Source of the DNA: a virus
Virus record (IMG/VR): IMGVR_UViG_3300035183_001163
Location: 8,637-72,636 of that record
Direction: 5' to 3' (one strand)
Length of the DNA stretch: 64,000 bases
Shown: piece after piece, positions 1 through 9,052 of the stretch
How positions within the stretch are numbered: the first letter of the stretch is position 1
Layout: every line of letters begins with the position of its first letter
Notes under the pieces: generated by a model
Database searches by the model: none
The model's input: the letters and a program-made list of their open reading frames with translations, nothing else
Told to the model about the DNA's origin: nothing
Position numbers and translations under genes: made by a program

Positions 1-390
1 GAGTGGGTGCCCGCGCGCAATCTCGTCATGCTCGCGTACGCGACCGCTTACGCGGAGGCGTTCGGCTTCCACGTGCTCGCGCTCGGGAACAACCTGGAGG
101 AGAGCGGCGCCTACCCCGACAACGAGGAGGAGTTCACGCACCTCTTCGACGGCCTGCTCCCCTACGCGACGCAGAACGGCTACCGCGTCCGCGTCGTCTC
201 GCCCGTCGGCCACCTCATGAAGCATGAGATTGTGGCGATGGGTCTCGCCGACGGCGCGCCCTTCGCGGAGACGTGGTCCTGCTACCGCGGCGGCGCGCGT
301 CATTGCGGCGAGTGCGGCCCGTGCTTCATGCGCCGCGAAGCCTTCCGGCGCAACGGCGCCATCGACCCCGTCTTCACGGAGGGAGCATGA
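1..390 (+). CDS. queC: 7-cyano-7-deazaguanine synthase QueC (5'-truncated by window edge)
   Basis: VPARNLVML, YPDN and TWSCY..G..HCGECGPC..RR motifs of QueC; frame open to position 1. Confidence 0.95.
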   Translation, partial: EWVPARNLVMLAYATAYAEAFGFHVLALGNNLEESGAYPDNEEEFTHLFDGLLPYATQNGYRVRVVSPVGHLMKHEIVAMGLADGAPFAETWSCYRGGARHCGECGPCFMRREAFRRNGAIDPVFTEGA

Positions 391-809
391 ACCTCGTCAC
401 CTGTACGCGTCGCCTCGAAGCCGATACCGGCCACCGCCTCCTCAAGCACGAGGGGAAGTGCCGCAACTACCACGGGCACCGCTACGTGTTCGAGGTCACC
501 GTCCAGGCTCCGGAGCTGGACGAGGTCGGCCGCGTGGTCGACTTCTCGTTCATCAAGGACAAGGTGGGCGCCTGGGTGGACGAGCACCTCGACCACGGCA
601 TGGTCCTCCAGGACGGAGACCCGCTCATCGCGCCGCTCGTCGCCCAAGGCTGCAAAGTACATGTGGTGAGCTTCTCGCCGACGAGCGAGAACCTCGCGCG
701 CTACGTCTACGGCGTGGCGGTGTCGATGCTCCCCGCGCCGCTCCGCGTCACGCGCGTCCGGTGCTGGGAGACGCCCAACTGTTTCTCTGACTACGAGGTC
801 GACCGATGA
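387..809 (+). CDS. queD: 6-carboxytetrahydropterin synthase QueD
   Basis: GHRL..HEGKCRNYHGHRY, VDF, LDH, PTSENLA, WETP motifs; ATG at 387 overlaps the queC stop (ATGA). Confidence 0.93.
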   Translation: MNLVTCTRRLEADTGHRLLKHEGKCRNYHGHRYVFEVTVQAPELDEVGRVVDFSFIKDKVGAWVDEHLDHGMVLQDGDPLIAPLVAQGCKVHVVSFSPTSENLARYVYGVAVSMLPAPLRVTRVRCWETPNCFSDYEVDR

Positions 810-1555
810 CCGAGCGATACGGCGTGAAAGAGGTCTTCGACACGCTCCAGGGCGAGGGAAGCCGCGCCGGTGCGCGCTCCGTCTTCGTCCGCTTCTCGGG
901 GTGCAACCTCTGGACGGGGTCGCCGCTCCACCGCGACGCGGGCAAGGGCGCGTGCGCGGCGTGGTGCGACACCGACTTCTTCAAGGGGGTGCCGCTCGAC
1001 CTCATCGCGCTGCTCGCGATGATGGACAACGCGTGGCCGACCACCGCTGGAGCGGAGCGCTGGTGCGTGCTCTCCGGCGGAGAGCCCATGCTTCAGGTCA
1101 ACGCCGCGCTCACCGACGCGCTCCACGCCGAGGGCTGGAAGATTGCGGTGGAGACGAACGGGACGGTGGACTCGAAGGTCTGGGACCGCCTCGACCACGT
1201 CGCGTGCTCGCCCAAGGGCAACACCGCCCTCGTCGTCCCCGCGAGCCGCGTCGATGAGCTGAAGGTCGTGCTCCCCGGCTCGGGGCTGAACTTCGACGGC
1301 TGGAAGGACGACGACCTCGACGCGATGGCGGAGCACTACGCGCGTGCCGCGTTGTTCGTCCAGCCGCAGGACGTCCTTCCCGACCCGTCCATCGTCGGCA
1401 CGTCGCTCCTCAAGGACGGCGTGGAGGACGAAGAAACCAACCAGCTCGCGAACATGGCCTTCCAACAGAACCTCAACGGCGCCATCGCGTTCATCCGCCG
1501 GCGTCCGCGCTGGCGGCTGTCGCTGCAAACCCACAAGCTCATCGGGCTCCCGTAG
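806..1555 (+). CDS. queE: 7-carboxy-7-deazaguanine synthase QueE (radical SAM)
   Basis: TLQGEG..AG..VFVRFSGCNLW, Cx14C..CDTDF, SGGEP, ETNGT, SPK, LSLQTHK. Confidence 0.95.
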   Translation: MTERYGVKEVFDTLQGEGSRAGARSVFVRFSGCNLWTGSPLHRDAGKGACAAWCDTDFFKGVPLDLIALLAMMDNAWPTTAGAERWCVLSGGEPMLQVNAALTDALHAEGWKIAVETNGTVDSKVWDRLDHVACSPKGNTALVVPASRVDELKVVLPGSGLNFDGWKDDDLDAMAEHYARAALFVQPQDVLPDPSIVGTSLLKDGVEDEETNQLANMAFQQNLNGAIAFIRRRPRWRLSLQTHKLIGLP

Positions 1556-1571
1556 TGGTAAGCTGCGGCTC

Positions 1572-2198
1572 GTGAGCCCCGAGAAGCACGCCCTCCTCCG
1601 TCGCGCGAAGGGTCCGATGGCCTCGCGCGTCTATGACTCGCTGTTCGTCGTCGCGCGCGCCCACGCCGTCACCGTCGACGCGGTCGTGGCGGCGGCGCTC
1701 GGGCGCGGCGGGCCGTCCGCTGCCTACGAGGCGGCGCGGCGGCTGAGCGCGGACAACCCGACGTTCTTCTCGGGCCTGGAGAGCTGGCCCTGGACGTGCC
1801 AATTCTGCTCGCGCGAGGTCGCCGCCGTCGGCTCCTGCCACGAGTGCGGGACGCGGTCGTGCGCCGTCTGCCTGGGGCGTCACGGCTGTCCGCCGTGTAC
1901 GAAGAAGGCCGAGGCCGCCGTCGAGCGCCGCCGGCTCATCTCCGCGGAGCAGGAAGGGCACCGGAAGTGGCTCCAGCGCCAGCTCGCGAAGCCGCTCCCC
2001 GCGCCGCCTCCGCCGGCCGCCCCGGACGAGATGCCGCCGCCCCCTCCCCCGCCGGTGATGCGGCCGGAGGACCCCGTCTACCCCGAGGAGCCGCCGCGGT
2101 ACATCGCGACGCCCGGCGGGGTGCTGAGGCAAGACGTCTCGCACGCGGAGCAGCTTGACCAAAGCGCTACACCGCCCTCGACCGAAGCGGTAGGATGA
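1572..2198 (+). CDS. hypothetical Cys-rich (Zn-binding) protein with Pro-rich tail
   Basis: GTG 1572 after an extended -10 (TGgTAAGCT); CQFC..CHEC..CAVC..CPPC. Confidence 0.6.
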   Translation: MSPEKHALLRRAKGPMASRVYDSLFVVARAHAVTVDAVVAAALGRGGPSAAYEAARRLSADNPTFFSGLESWPWTCQFCSREVAAVGSCHECGTRSCAVCLGRHGCPPCTKKAEAAVERRRLISAEQEGHRKWLQRQLAKPLPAPPPPAAPDEMPPPPPPPVMRPEDPVYPEEPPRYIATPGGVLRQDVSHAEQLDQSATPPSTEAVG

Positions 2199-3118
2199 GC
2201 ACCATGCCGACGTACACGGTCAAGCGCGGGGACTATCCGAGCAGCATCGCCAAGAAGTTCACCGGCAGCGAAGGCCGACACGCGGAGCTGCTCGACGCCA
2301 ACCCCGACTTCCGCAAGGGCAACGGCCGGTGGAAGACGCTCAAGACGGGCGACGTCCTCCAGCTCCCCGCCGGGTGGGCGGACGGGGCCGACCGCGAGAC
2401 GCAGCCCGCGCTCCCCGAGCCGGAGCCCGAGAGCGCGCCGGCGTACTGCGCGGTGTGCGAACACGACCTCTGCATGTGCGCGAAGACGCCGGAGCCACCG
2501 CCCGGCTCGCGCTTCCCCGCGACGAAGACGAAGGAGACGCCGACGGCGGTATACGCCGCGCTCCAGCGCGCGTGGCTCAAGCTGTTCAACGACGTCCCGA
2601 GCCCCGAGTCCCTCTCCGTCCTCGTCGCCCACTGGGCGCTCGAAACGGGATGGGGGGACTCCTGCTGGAACTGGAATCTCGGGAACGTGAAGAGCCGCCC
2701 CGGCGACGGCCTGGACCACACCTACTACCCGTGTTGGGAGGTCCTGCCGAAGGCCGCGGCCTTCGCGCTCGCGAAGAACGCCGGCGTGCGCGCCGACGGC
2801 AAGCCCGGCCCCGACGTCGTCGTGGCGACGGAGCAGGACGACGGGACGGCCGTGGTCTGGTTCTACCCGGACCACAACATGTGCCGCTTCCGGGCCTTCC
2901 GCTCTCTCGACGCCGGCGCGGAGGAGTACCTGAAGGTCCTCTTCCACCGCTTCAAGCGCGCGTGGGCATCCGTCACCACCGGCGACCCGAGCGGCTTCGC
3001 CGCGGCGCTCAAGGGAATGGATTACTTCACCGCGCCGCTCGACGGCCCGAAGGGGTATCGCACGGCCCTCGTCAGCGTCTTCAATCGCGTCGCGGCGCAG
3101 GTGAAGCGCGCCGCGTAA
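2195..3118 (+). CDS. LysM + GH73/FlgJ-like peptidoglycan hydrolase
   Basis: N-terminal LysM (YTVKRGDYPSSIAKKF…LLDANP…GDVLQLP); AHWALETGWG, NLGNVK, FRAFRSL, YFTA motifs resemble GH73. Confidence 0.8.
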   Translation: MSTMPTYTVKRGDYPSSIAKKFTGSEGRHAELLDANPDFRKGNGRWKTLKTGDVLQLPAGWADGADRETQPALPEPEPESAPAYCAVCEHDLCMCAKTPEPPPGSRFPATKTKETPTAVYAALQRAWLKLFNDVPSPESLSVLVAHWALETGWGDSCWNWNLGNVKSRPGDGLDHTYYPCWEVLPKAAAFALAKNAGVRADGKPGPDVVVATEQDDGTAVVWFYPDHNMCRFRAFRSLDAGAEEYLKVLFHRFKRAWASVTTGDPSGFAAALKGMDYFTAPLDGPKGYRTALVSVFNRVAAQVKRAA

Positions 3119-3146
3119 TCGTCCGAGGCGACGGAAAGACGCGCGC

Positions 3147-3764
3147 GTGGCTCTTGTCCTCGACCCACCGCCCGACCCTCTCGACGCGCTCAAGCGCGCC
3201 GGCGAAGCGCTGCTCAAGCCGCTCGCCTGCGAGCGGTGCGCGCTCCGTCGTCGTACGAGCTTCGGCTGGGTGCTCCAGCCGTGCGGCCTCTGCGAACGGG
3301 GGAGCGACGACCGCGCGCCGTTCGGGCTTCGCGCGCTACACGCGGTGCTCGCCGGCGGCTGGGACTTCGTCCCGACGTGGGGCGTGCGCTACCTCACCGA
3401 CGGCCCGAAGCCGGTCCCGTTCGTCGTGTTCGAGCAGCAAGGCGGCCAGAGCGCCGCGTGCCCCGCGTGGGCGGCGAAGCTGCTCGTCCTCGGCACGCCG
3501 ATGAAGAGCTACACGAAGCGGGAGCGGCGCGTCGGCGTCGTCTGGCCGGCTGTCTTCGATGCGCTCGCCGGCGACCCGACGCTGCGGCGCGCGCTCGACG
3601 CGGTGCTCATGCTCCTCCCGCAGGAGCCGCGGAACGGCGCTGCCGTCTGGCAGCCACCGCCCGAAGCGGCGGAGCGCGTCTATGAGTTCCTCCTGGACCA
3701 CTTGCCCGACGTCATCGGCGCGGCGAGCGCCGAGGGAACGAAGTACATGGCGAGGCGTTCGTGA
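3147..3764 (+). CDS. hypothetical protein, PxW family
   Basis: CxxC pairs; ACPAWAAKLL…GDPTLRRAL. Confidence 0.6.
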   Translation: MALVLDPPPDPLDALKRAGEALLKPLACERCALRRRTSFGWVLQPCGLCERGSDDRAPFGLRALHAVLAGGWDFVPTWGVRYLTDGPKPVPFVVFEQQGGQSAACPAWAAKLLVLGTPMKSYTKRERRVGVVWPAVFDALAGDPTLRRALDAVLMLLPQEPRNGAAVWQPPPEAAERVYEFLLDHLPDVIGAASAEGTKYMARRS

Positions 3765-4165
3765 AGCTCCTCCCCGACGGCTTCACGCGCGGCTTCGCGA
3801 TGGCTCCCGACCGCGACGTCCACGCCCGGCACAAGCTCGCGAGCGAGGGCTGGGCGCTCATCGAGCGTCCGGACGTCGGCGGCTGGTCGATGTGGATGCC
3901 GTGGCTCGCGAGCGTCGGCCACGACCTCTTCGCGCCGGAGTGGGTCCTGAACATCCGGGGCCGGTGCTGGTTCCTCTTCGGCCACGGCATCGAGGACGCC
4001 ATCGTGCGCTTCCTCCAGAGCGGCGAGCGCGCCGAGGAGCAGGGCCGCGCGCTCGTCGCGGCCGCCGACCTGGCCGGCGACGACACGGTGGCGAAGAAGG
4101 CCGCGTGCTTCAAGCTGCTCGGGCTCGAATGGCCGCCGCGGCGTGGCCTCGGAGCCGGCCGATGA
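3761..4165 (+). CDS. hypothetical protein, PxW family
   Basis: LFAPEWVL; coupled start/stop overlaps. Confidence 0.6.
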   Translation: MKLLPDGFTRGFAMAPDRDVHARHKLASEGWALIERPDVGGWSMWMPWLASVGHDLFAPEWVLNIRGRCWFLFGHGIEDAIVRFLQSGERAEEQGRALVAAADLAGDDTVAKKAACFKLLGLEWPPRRGLGAGR

Positions 4166-4497
4166 CCCCGGCGAAGATGCTCCGGAAGGGCTGGGTGGAG
4201 GCCGAGGGCTTCAACGAGCTGATGGCGCTCGCGCCCTTCGAGGTCGTCCCCGGCGCCACCACGCGCTTCGGCCATCGGCTGCTCGCGTGCCCGCTGCTCG
4301 CGGAGGTCTTCGAGGTCTACGGCGTCGAGCGGATGCGGGCGCAGAGCGCGCGGATGGTCGCGCATCTCGTGGAGCACGGCCTCGTGGTAGGCTGTCGCTC
4401 TCTCATCGGCTACGCCCGAGTGGTCTCGGGCGCCGTGACCCAGGAGGAGCTGCTTGCCGCGAAAGAAGCCGCCGACGTTCGTGGAGGTCGCCAATGA
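4162..4497 (+). CDS. hypothetical protein
   Basis: ATG overlapping the upstream stop; MTPAKMLRKGWVE…. Confidence 0.55.
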   Translation: MTPAKMLRKGWVEAEGFNELMALAPFEVVPGATTRFGHRLLACPLLAEVFEVYGVERMRAQSARMVAHLVEHGLVVGCRSLIGYARVVSGAVTQEELLAAKEAADVRGGRQ

Positions 4498-4834
4498 AGT
4501 CGGCCTCTTGGTGGAGAAGAAAAACGCCGCTTACGGCAACAGCTTCGTCGCCTCGGAGCGCGTCCTCGCCGCGCTCTATCCGAACGGCGTGGGACCGGAG
4601 GGCTATGGCGACTTCCTCGCCATCACCCGCGTCGTGGACAAGCTCTTTCGCATCGCCACCGACCGCGACGCGTTCGGAGAGGACCCCTGGCGTGACATCG
4701 CTGGCTACGCTGTCCTCGCTGTTCGCCGGCGCCTCAGTACACGTGCAGCTTCGGCTGGTGCTGGAGAGTCTTCGCCGCGCCACGGAGCCGTTCCTCGCGG
4801 CCGTCCGCGGCGAGCGAAGCGCGCGGCGCGATGA
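4454..4834 (+). CDS. nucleotide-modification-associated domain 1 (Nmad1/DUF1599-like, all-alpha NTP-PPase fold)
   Basis: KKNAAYGNSF…RVVDKLFRI…DPWRDIAGYAVL signature. Confidence 0.75.
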   Translation: MPRKKPPTFVEVANEVGLLVEKKNAAYGNSFVASERVLAALYPNGVGPEGYGDFLAITRVVDKLFRIATDRDAFGEDPWRDIAGYAVLAVRRRLSTRAASAGAGESSPRHGAVPRGRPRRAKRAAR

Positions 4835-5044
4835 CGGCGTCTCGCGCTCGATGTTCGACAGCATCGTGGGCGAGTGGGCGAAGAGCATCGGCCTCGACGT
4901 GGACAACACGCTCTTCTGGCTCCACGACGCGCCGCCGGAGCAGCTCGGGGAGCGGCTTCGCGCGCTCGTCGCCACCTACTAGCTCGATGGGCTCGTGGGC
5001 GCGCTCGCGCTCGTCTACGGCCCGGCGCGCGAGGACCTTGCGTC

Positions 5045-5371
5045 ATGAGAGCGAGCGCGGTCCTGGAGCGGCTCGACTCCGGCGGCACGATGCACGTGGA
5101 CGAGCTAATCGTCCACGTCCGCAGCGTCATGCGGCGATACGCCGACGAGGCGGGGCTCCTCCCCGTGTGGGCGGTGTACGCGCTGCTCGCGGCCCACTTC
5201 GCCCAGGAGAACCTCCAGGAGACGCTCGCGAGCATCGCGGCGTTCCCCGAGGAGCGGCGGCTGGAGCTGGCGGCGAGCGCCTTCGCCGTCGCGCAGCTCG
5301 CGCCCGACGGCCCCGACTTCAGCCGCACCTACCCCGTGCGCGAGCTGCTCCGCGCCGCGGAGCGCGCCTGA
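5045..5371 (+). CDS. hypothetical protein
   Basis: ATG 5045, codon usage typical of the phage. Confidence 0.55.
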   Translation: MRASAVLERLDSGGTMHVDELIVHVRSVMRRYADEAGLLPVWAVYALLAAHFAQENLQETLASIAAFPEERRLELAASAFAVAQLAPDGPDFSRTYPVRELLRAAERA

Positions 5372-5820
5372 TGGCGAACGCGCGCTGGCGGCGGGAGTCG
5401 ATGTCGTGGGAGCCGTGGAGCGCCCGGCACCTCCACTGGGCGCGCGCTATCGCGCGAGACGCCGGGCTCCCGGAGGACGCGTTCACCTCGTTCGTCCGCG
5501 CGCTCCCCGGCTCGCGGATGGGCCGCGAGAGCGTCCCCGAGCGCAACCTGTTCGCGCCGCTCTGGCTCCACGCGTTCTGGGACGTCGCGACGGAGGAACA
5601 CTTCGACCGCGACGAAGCCGGACACGTTCGGAAGGTACCCATCACGACGAACATCGCTGACCGCGTCTTCGCGAAGCTGCTCGTGGAGCGGAAAGAGCTG
5701 CGGCGCGCGCTGGAGGTCGTCTACGACGAGACGCGCGACCCGAATCGTACAGCCGACTTCGTTGTAGCTGTTGCGTTGGGAGAATTGAAAGAGCAGGATG
5801 GGCGCTCTCCGGAGGGATGA
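5371..5820 (+). CDS. hypothetical protein, PxW family
   Basis: LFAPLWLHAFW…ERKELRRAL; TGATG overlap. Confidence 0.6.
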   Translation: MANARWRRESMSWEPWSARHLHWARAIARDAGLPEDAFTSFVRALPGSRMGRESVPERNLFAPLWLHAFWDVATEEHFDRDEAGHVRKVPITTNIADRVFAKLLVERKELRRALEVVYDETRDPNRTADFVVAVALGELKEQDGRSPEG

Positions 5821-6214
5821 GATGGGACACGGTCGGCACGTGAAGGTGGTGGGCTACGGAGCGGTCACGCTCGTCGGCGCGGTCGTCGTCGTGCGCGACT
5901 TCCTCAAGGAGCTGGTCTCGACGCTCGGGATGCGCGCCCTGGGAGAGCCCGTCATGCACGATGTCGAGCTGGACCTCTCCAAGCTCAACGTGGAGCCGTT
6001 CGAGGACGAGGGCGGCGTCACCGGCGTCGCGGTGCTCTCGACGTCGCACTGCGCCATCCACACCTGGCCGGCGCGGGACGGGTTCTTCGTCCTGGACGTG
6101 TACTCGTGCCGCGACTTCGACCCTACGGCCGTCGCCGAAGCGCTCACCACGAAGCTCGGGGTGCGGAAGCTGCGGATGACGGACGTGACGAGCGCGCTGG
6201 AGCCGCCTCCCTAG
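5798..6214 (+). CDS. speD: pyruvoyl-dependent S-adenosylmethionine decarboxylase-family proenzyme (start may be 5822)
   Basis: GGVTGVAVLSTSHCAIHTWP…LDVYSCRDFD. Confidence 0.85.
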   Translation: MGALRRDEMGHGRHVKVVGYGAVTLVGAVVVVRDFLKELVSTLGMRALGEPVMHDVELDLSKLNVEPFEDEGGVTGVAVLSTSHCAIHTWPARDGFFVLDVYSCRDFDPTAVAEALTTKLGVRKLRMTDVTSALEPPP

Positions 6215-6411
6215 GCGGCGACCTTCCAGCCCCGGCGCGGCGCATCGAAGGCGCGCTGGAACGCTTCTCCCGGCGTGGCTCCCGTCACCGGCTCCGCGAG
6301 CCACGGAGCGGACGCGAACCACACACCATCGACTTCGACCAGTTCGATTGCGAGCGAGGCGACGACCATCGCTTCAAGCGTACCGCCGGGCGCCGGTGGG
6401 ACGATAGGCGC

Positions 6412-6882
6412 TCAGCCGTCGTCGGTGAGCGTGCGGATGGTCGCGACGATGGCCGCGAGCTTCTCCGCCGCGGTGCTCAGCCCGACGTTCGCCGCGCGGA
6501 GCGCCTCCTTGAGCGAGCGCTCGCGGCGCTCGCCGGCGACGAGCAGCTCATGGAGCTTCGCCACCTCGCGCTCCGCGGCGAAGACGCGCTCCAGCAGCGC
6601 GGCGCGCGTCGGGTCCGGCGGAGCGTCGCCGCTCTCGTCGTCCACGAGCACCGCGACCGGCTCTCCGGGGCGCACGGCTTTCATCGCCAGCACCGTCCGA
6701 TGGGCGTGGATGCGCTTGTAGTAGTCCTCCGCGCCCTCGACGAGGTCGGGCGCCTCAATGACGACGCCGAACGGCTCCGGGCGCGTCGGTGGCGGCGGCG
6801 GGATGTCGTCCTGCGCACCCTCTCCACCGACCGGCGGCGCGGGTGGGCGTCGCGTTGGTCGGCGCGGCGGCTTCGTCGTCAT
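6412..6882 (-). CDS. hypothetical Pro-rich/coiled-coil protein
   Basis: ORF with phage codon usage on the minus strand. Confidence 0.55.
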   Translation of the reverse strand: MTTKPPRRPTRRPPAPPVGGEGAQDDIPPPPPTRPEPFGVVIEAPDLVEGAEDYYKRIHAHRTVLAMKAVRPGEPVAVLVDDESGDAPPDPTRAALLERVFAAEREVAKLHELLVAGERRERSLKEALRAANVGLSTAAEKLAAIVATIRTLTDDG

Positions 6883-6979
6883 CAGTCCAGAAGATGTAGC
6901 AGACAGGCCGCGAATACGAACAGAGTTACAAGCGCCAGGAGCGCGTCGTCGGCGTCCGCGAGAGGATGTCGCACGGGCT

Positions 6980-7276
6980 TCACGGCGCGGCGTTTCCGTT
7001 CGGTAACACGTGCTCGGGAATGCAGAAGTGGACCGCGTTGCCGGCGGAGACGTGGTGGTTGTTCATCCGAAGGTCGACGCTCGCGACCCATCGGAGCCCG
7101 GCGCGGTCGGCGTAGAGGTGGGCGACCTGGCTGAGGGTCGTCGTCTTGTCGAAGGCGTCGTCCTTCGCCCAGAGTCGCCTCGACTCCGGCGAGCGGTAGA
7201 CGCGGAGCATGAAGCGCTCGCCGTCGAGCGCGAAGAGCCCCAACCAGTAGCCCGTCCGCTTCAAACGACGCGCCAC
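6980..7276 (-). CDS. hypothetical protein
   Basis: part of a tightly packed minus-strand run. Confidence 0.5.
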   Translation of the reverse strand: MARRLKRTGYWLGLFALDGERFMLRVYRSPESRRLWAKDDAFDKTTTLSQVAHLYADRAGLRWVASVDLRMNNHHVSAGNAVHFCIPEHVLPNGNAAP

Positions 7277-7279
7277 CGC

Positions 7280-7798
7280 TCAACCGCTCGTACGTCGAAG
7301 CACGTCCCGGAGCTGCTCGACAGCCTGCTTCACCTCGACGTCGTGGGAGACGACGTCGGGGAGCGCCGCTTCGGCGAAGGCGACGACCATCGGGACGGTG
7401 AGGTGGTTGATGCCGGCGCTCTCCACGAGCGCGCGCAGCGCCCTCTCCGTCGTCTCGTCCTCCTCGCAGCGCGCCACGAGCCGCTTCATGAGCGCGTGGT
7501 GCTCCGCGTGGCCGGGCGAGCGGAGGATGTCCGCGAGGTGGAGCGCCCACCGGGGCGTCCACGTCTCCAGCACCTGGCGCCCGCCGCTCTTCCTTCCCGT
7601 CCGCGCGCGCTCCAGCGGCGCCCCGAGCAGCTTCAGCCCTTCCAGCGTCCCGGAATACCACCCGACGGTCACCCAGCCGCGCGCGGCGAAGGAGCGGCGC
7701 GCCGACTCGGCCTGGCACCCGAAGGTCTTTCGATGTCCGGAGAGGCCCTTGCGGCGGAGGCGCGCCCCGCATCCCGGGCACGTCGTGTCGAAGTCCAT
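7280..7798 (-). CDS. C2HC Zn-finger + PxW family protein
   Basis: CPGC…SGHRKTFGC; ETWTPRWALHLA…EEDETTERALRAL. Confidence 0.65.
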   Translation of the reverse strand: MDFDTTCPGCGARLRRKGLSGHRKTFGCQAESARRSFAARGWVTVGWYSGTLEGLKLLGAPLERARTGRKSGGRQVLETWTPRWALHLADILRSPGHAEHHALMKRLVARCEEDETTERALRALVESAGINHLTVPMVVAFAEAALPDVVSHDVEVKQAVEQLRDVLRRTSG

Positions 7799-7802
7799 CG
7801 CG

Positions 7803-8108
7803 CTATCTCTTCCCGTTCGCCCACCGCTTCAGCCGCTTCGCGTTCTCCAGCGCGCGGTGGAGTAGGGATAGGACGGTCGGCGCTCCGGCGCTCGTCGCGA
7901 CGCGCTCCAGCCCTCGCGTCGTGAACGACGCCCCGAGCATCGATATCCGTTTCTGGAGGCAGAGGCAACAGGTGATATACCCATCTCGCCGCGTACCCTT
8001 CACGTGGACGCGGCCGTCGCATAGCGCCCGCGAGCCGCCGGGGACGAGCGCGTGGGTGACCTCGTTGGAGAGGTCGGGCTTGGGGCCTCCGAAGCGCTTA
8101 CCGGGCAT
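7803..8108 (-). CDS. hypothetical protein
   Basis: THAL…LC…TCCLC; packed between neighbours. Confidence 0.5.
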   Translation of the reverse strand: MPGKRFGGPKPDLSNEVTHALVPGGSRALCDGRVHVKGTRRDGYITCCLCLQKRISMLGASFTTRGLERVATSAGAPTVLSLLHRALENAKRLKRWANGKR

Positions 8109-8949
8109 CGGGCTTCGGGGTGACGGGACCGTAGACGGCTTGGCACACCTCGCACGTCTCGGGGTCGTGGTCGGCGTCGCGCTTCGCGTGCGGCGGGACG
8201 GAGCCCGCCTCCAGCAGCTTTACCGAAGGCGGCGGCAGCTCCGGGCGCGAATCCCCGTCCTTCACGGGGGGCTCGGCTTCGCGCTCCCGCACCCCACTCG
8301 CGAGCTTCCCCGGCGCAGCCGTCAGCGCCGCATCGCGCGGCATCGGCATGGGAGGGATAGGGGCATCGGGGTCCACGGGCGGCGGCTCGCTCGGCCCGTC
8401 GTCGTGGAGGAAGCTCGTCGCGTCATCGGCCCACGACGCCAGCGCCCGAAGCGCGTCACCGGCCAGGGAGAGCGACTCGATGGCCCGACGGCTCGCTCCC
8501 GCCCCGGAATCACCCCGAGCGAGCGCCGACAGACGCTCCCGCCACCGAGCCGCCCGCCGATGCGCCGAGGCCCCTACGGCCCACGCTCCGGTCGCGACGA
8601 GCAGCCAGAGCCCCATCGGCCTCTCGGCGGCGTGGGCCATCGACGCGGCCCCGAGCGAGAACCAGAACAGCGCCCACGCCCCCAGCTCCACCGTCCTCGC
8701 CGTCGCCGCCTTCCGGGCGAGCGTCGTCGGAGAGAGAACAAGCGAAGAGGCCCCCTCCCCGAAGCGCGCGCCTTCCGCCGTACGCGGGACCGGCTCTTCG
8801 GGGAGCACGGACGCTCCGGAGCGTTCCGCGCCCCCGGTGTTCGTCTCGCGGGGGGAAGGAGCCGGCAGAGAGAGGGCCTCCTCGGCGTCCGTCTTTGCGG
8901 CTAGGGGAGCACGTTCGTAGGGAGCGCGCGCGTCGTGGGCGAGAGCCAT
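8098..8949 (-). CDS. hypothetical membrane protein (2 TM)
   Basis: two hydrophobic segments (LGAWALFWFSLGAA; GLWLLVATGAWAVGA); RBS GAGGT upstream. Confidence 0.55.
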   Translation of the reverse strand: MALAHDARAPYERAPLAAKTDAEEALSLPAPSPRETNTGGAERSGASVLPEEPVPRTAEGARFGEGASSLVLSPTTLARKAATARTVELGAWALFWFSLGAASMAHAAERPMGLWLLVATGAWAVGASAHRRAARWRERLSALARGDSGAGASRRAIESLSLAGDALRALASWADDATSFLHDDGPSEPPPVDPDAPIPPMPMPRDAALTAAPGKLASGVREREAEPPVKDGDSRPELPPPSVKLLEAGSVPPHAKRDADHDPETCEVCQAVYGPVTPKPDAR

Positions 8950-9052
8950 GGCGACAGTCTACCTCAGTTTCCTCTCCGTTCTTCCAACTCTCTCTTGCGT
9001 TGCAACGGCCTCACCTGTCAGTATGTAGCCCATCCGAAGGGACTACGCAGTC

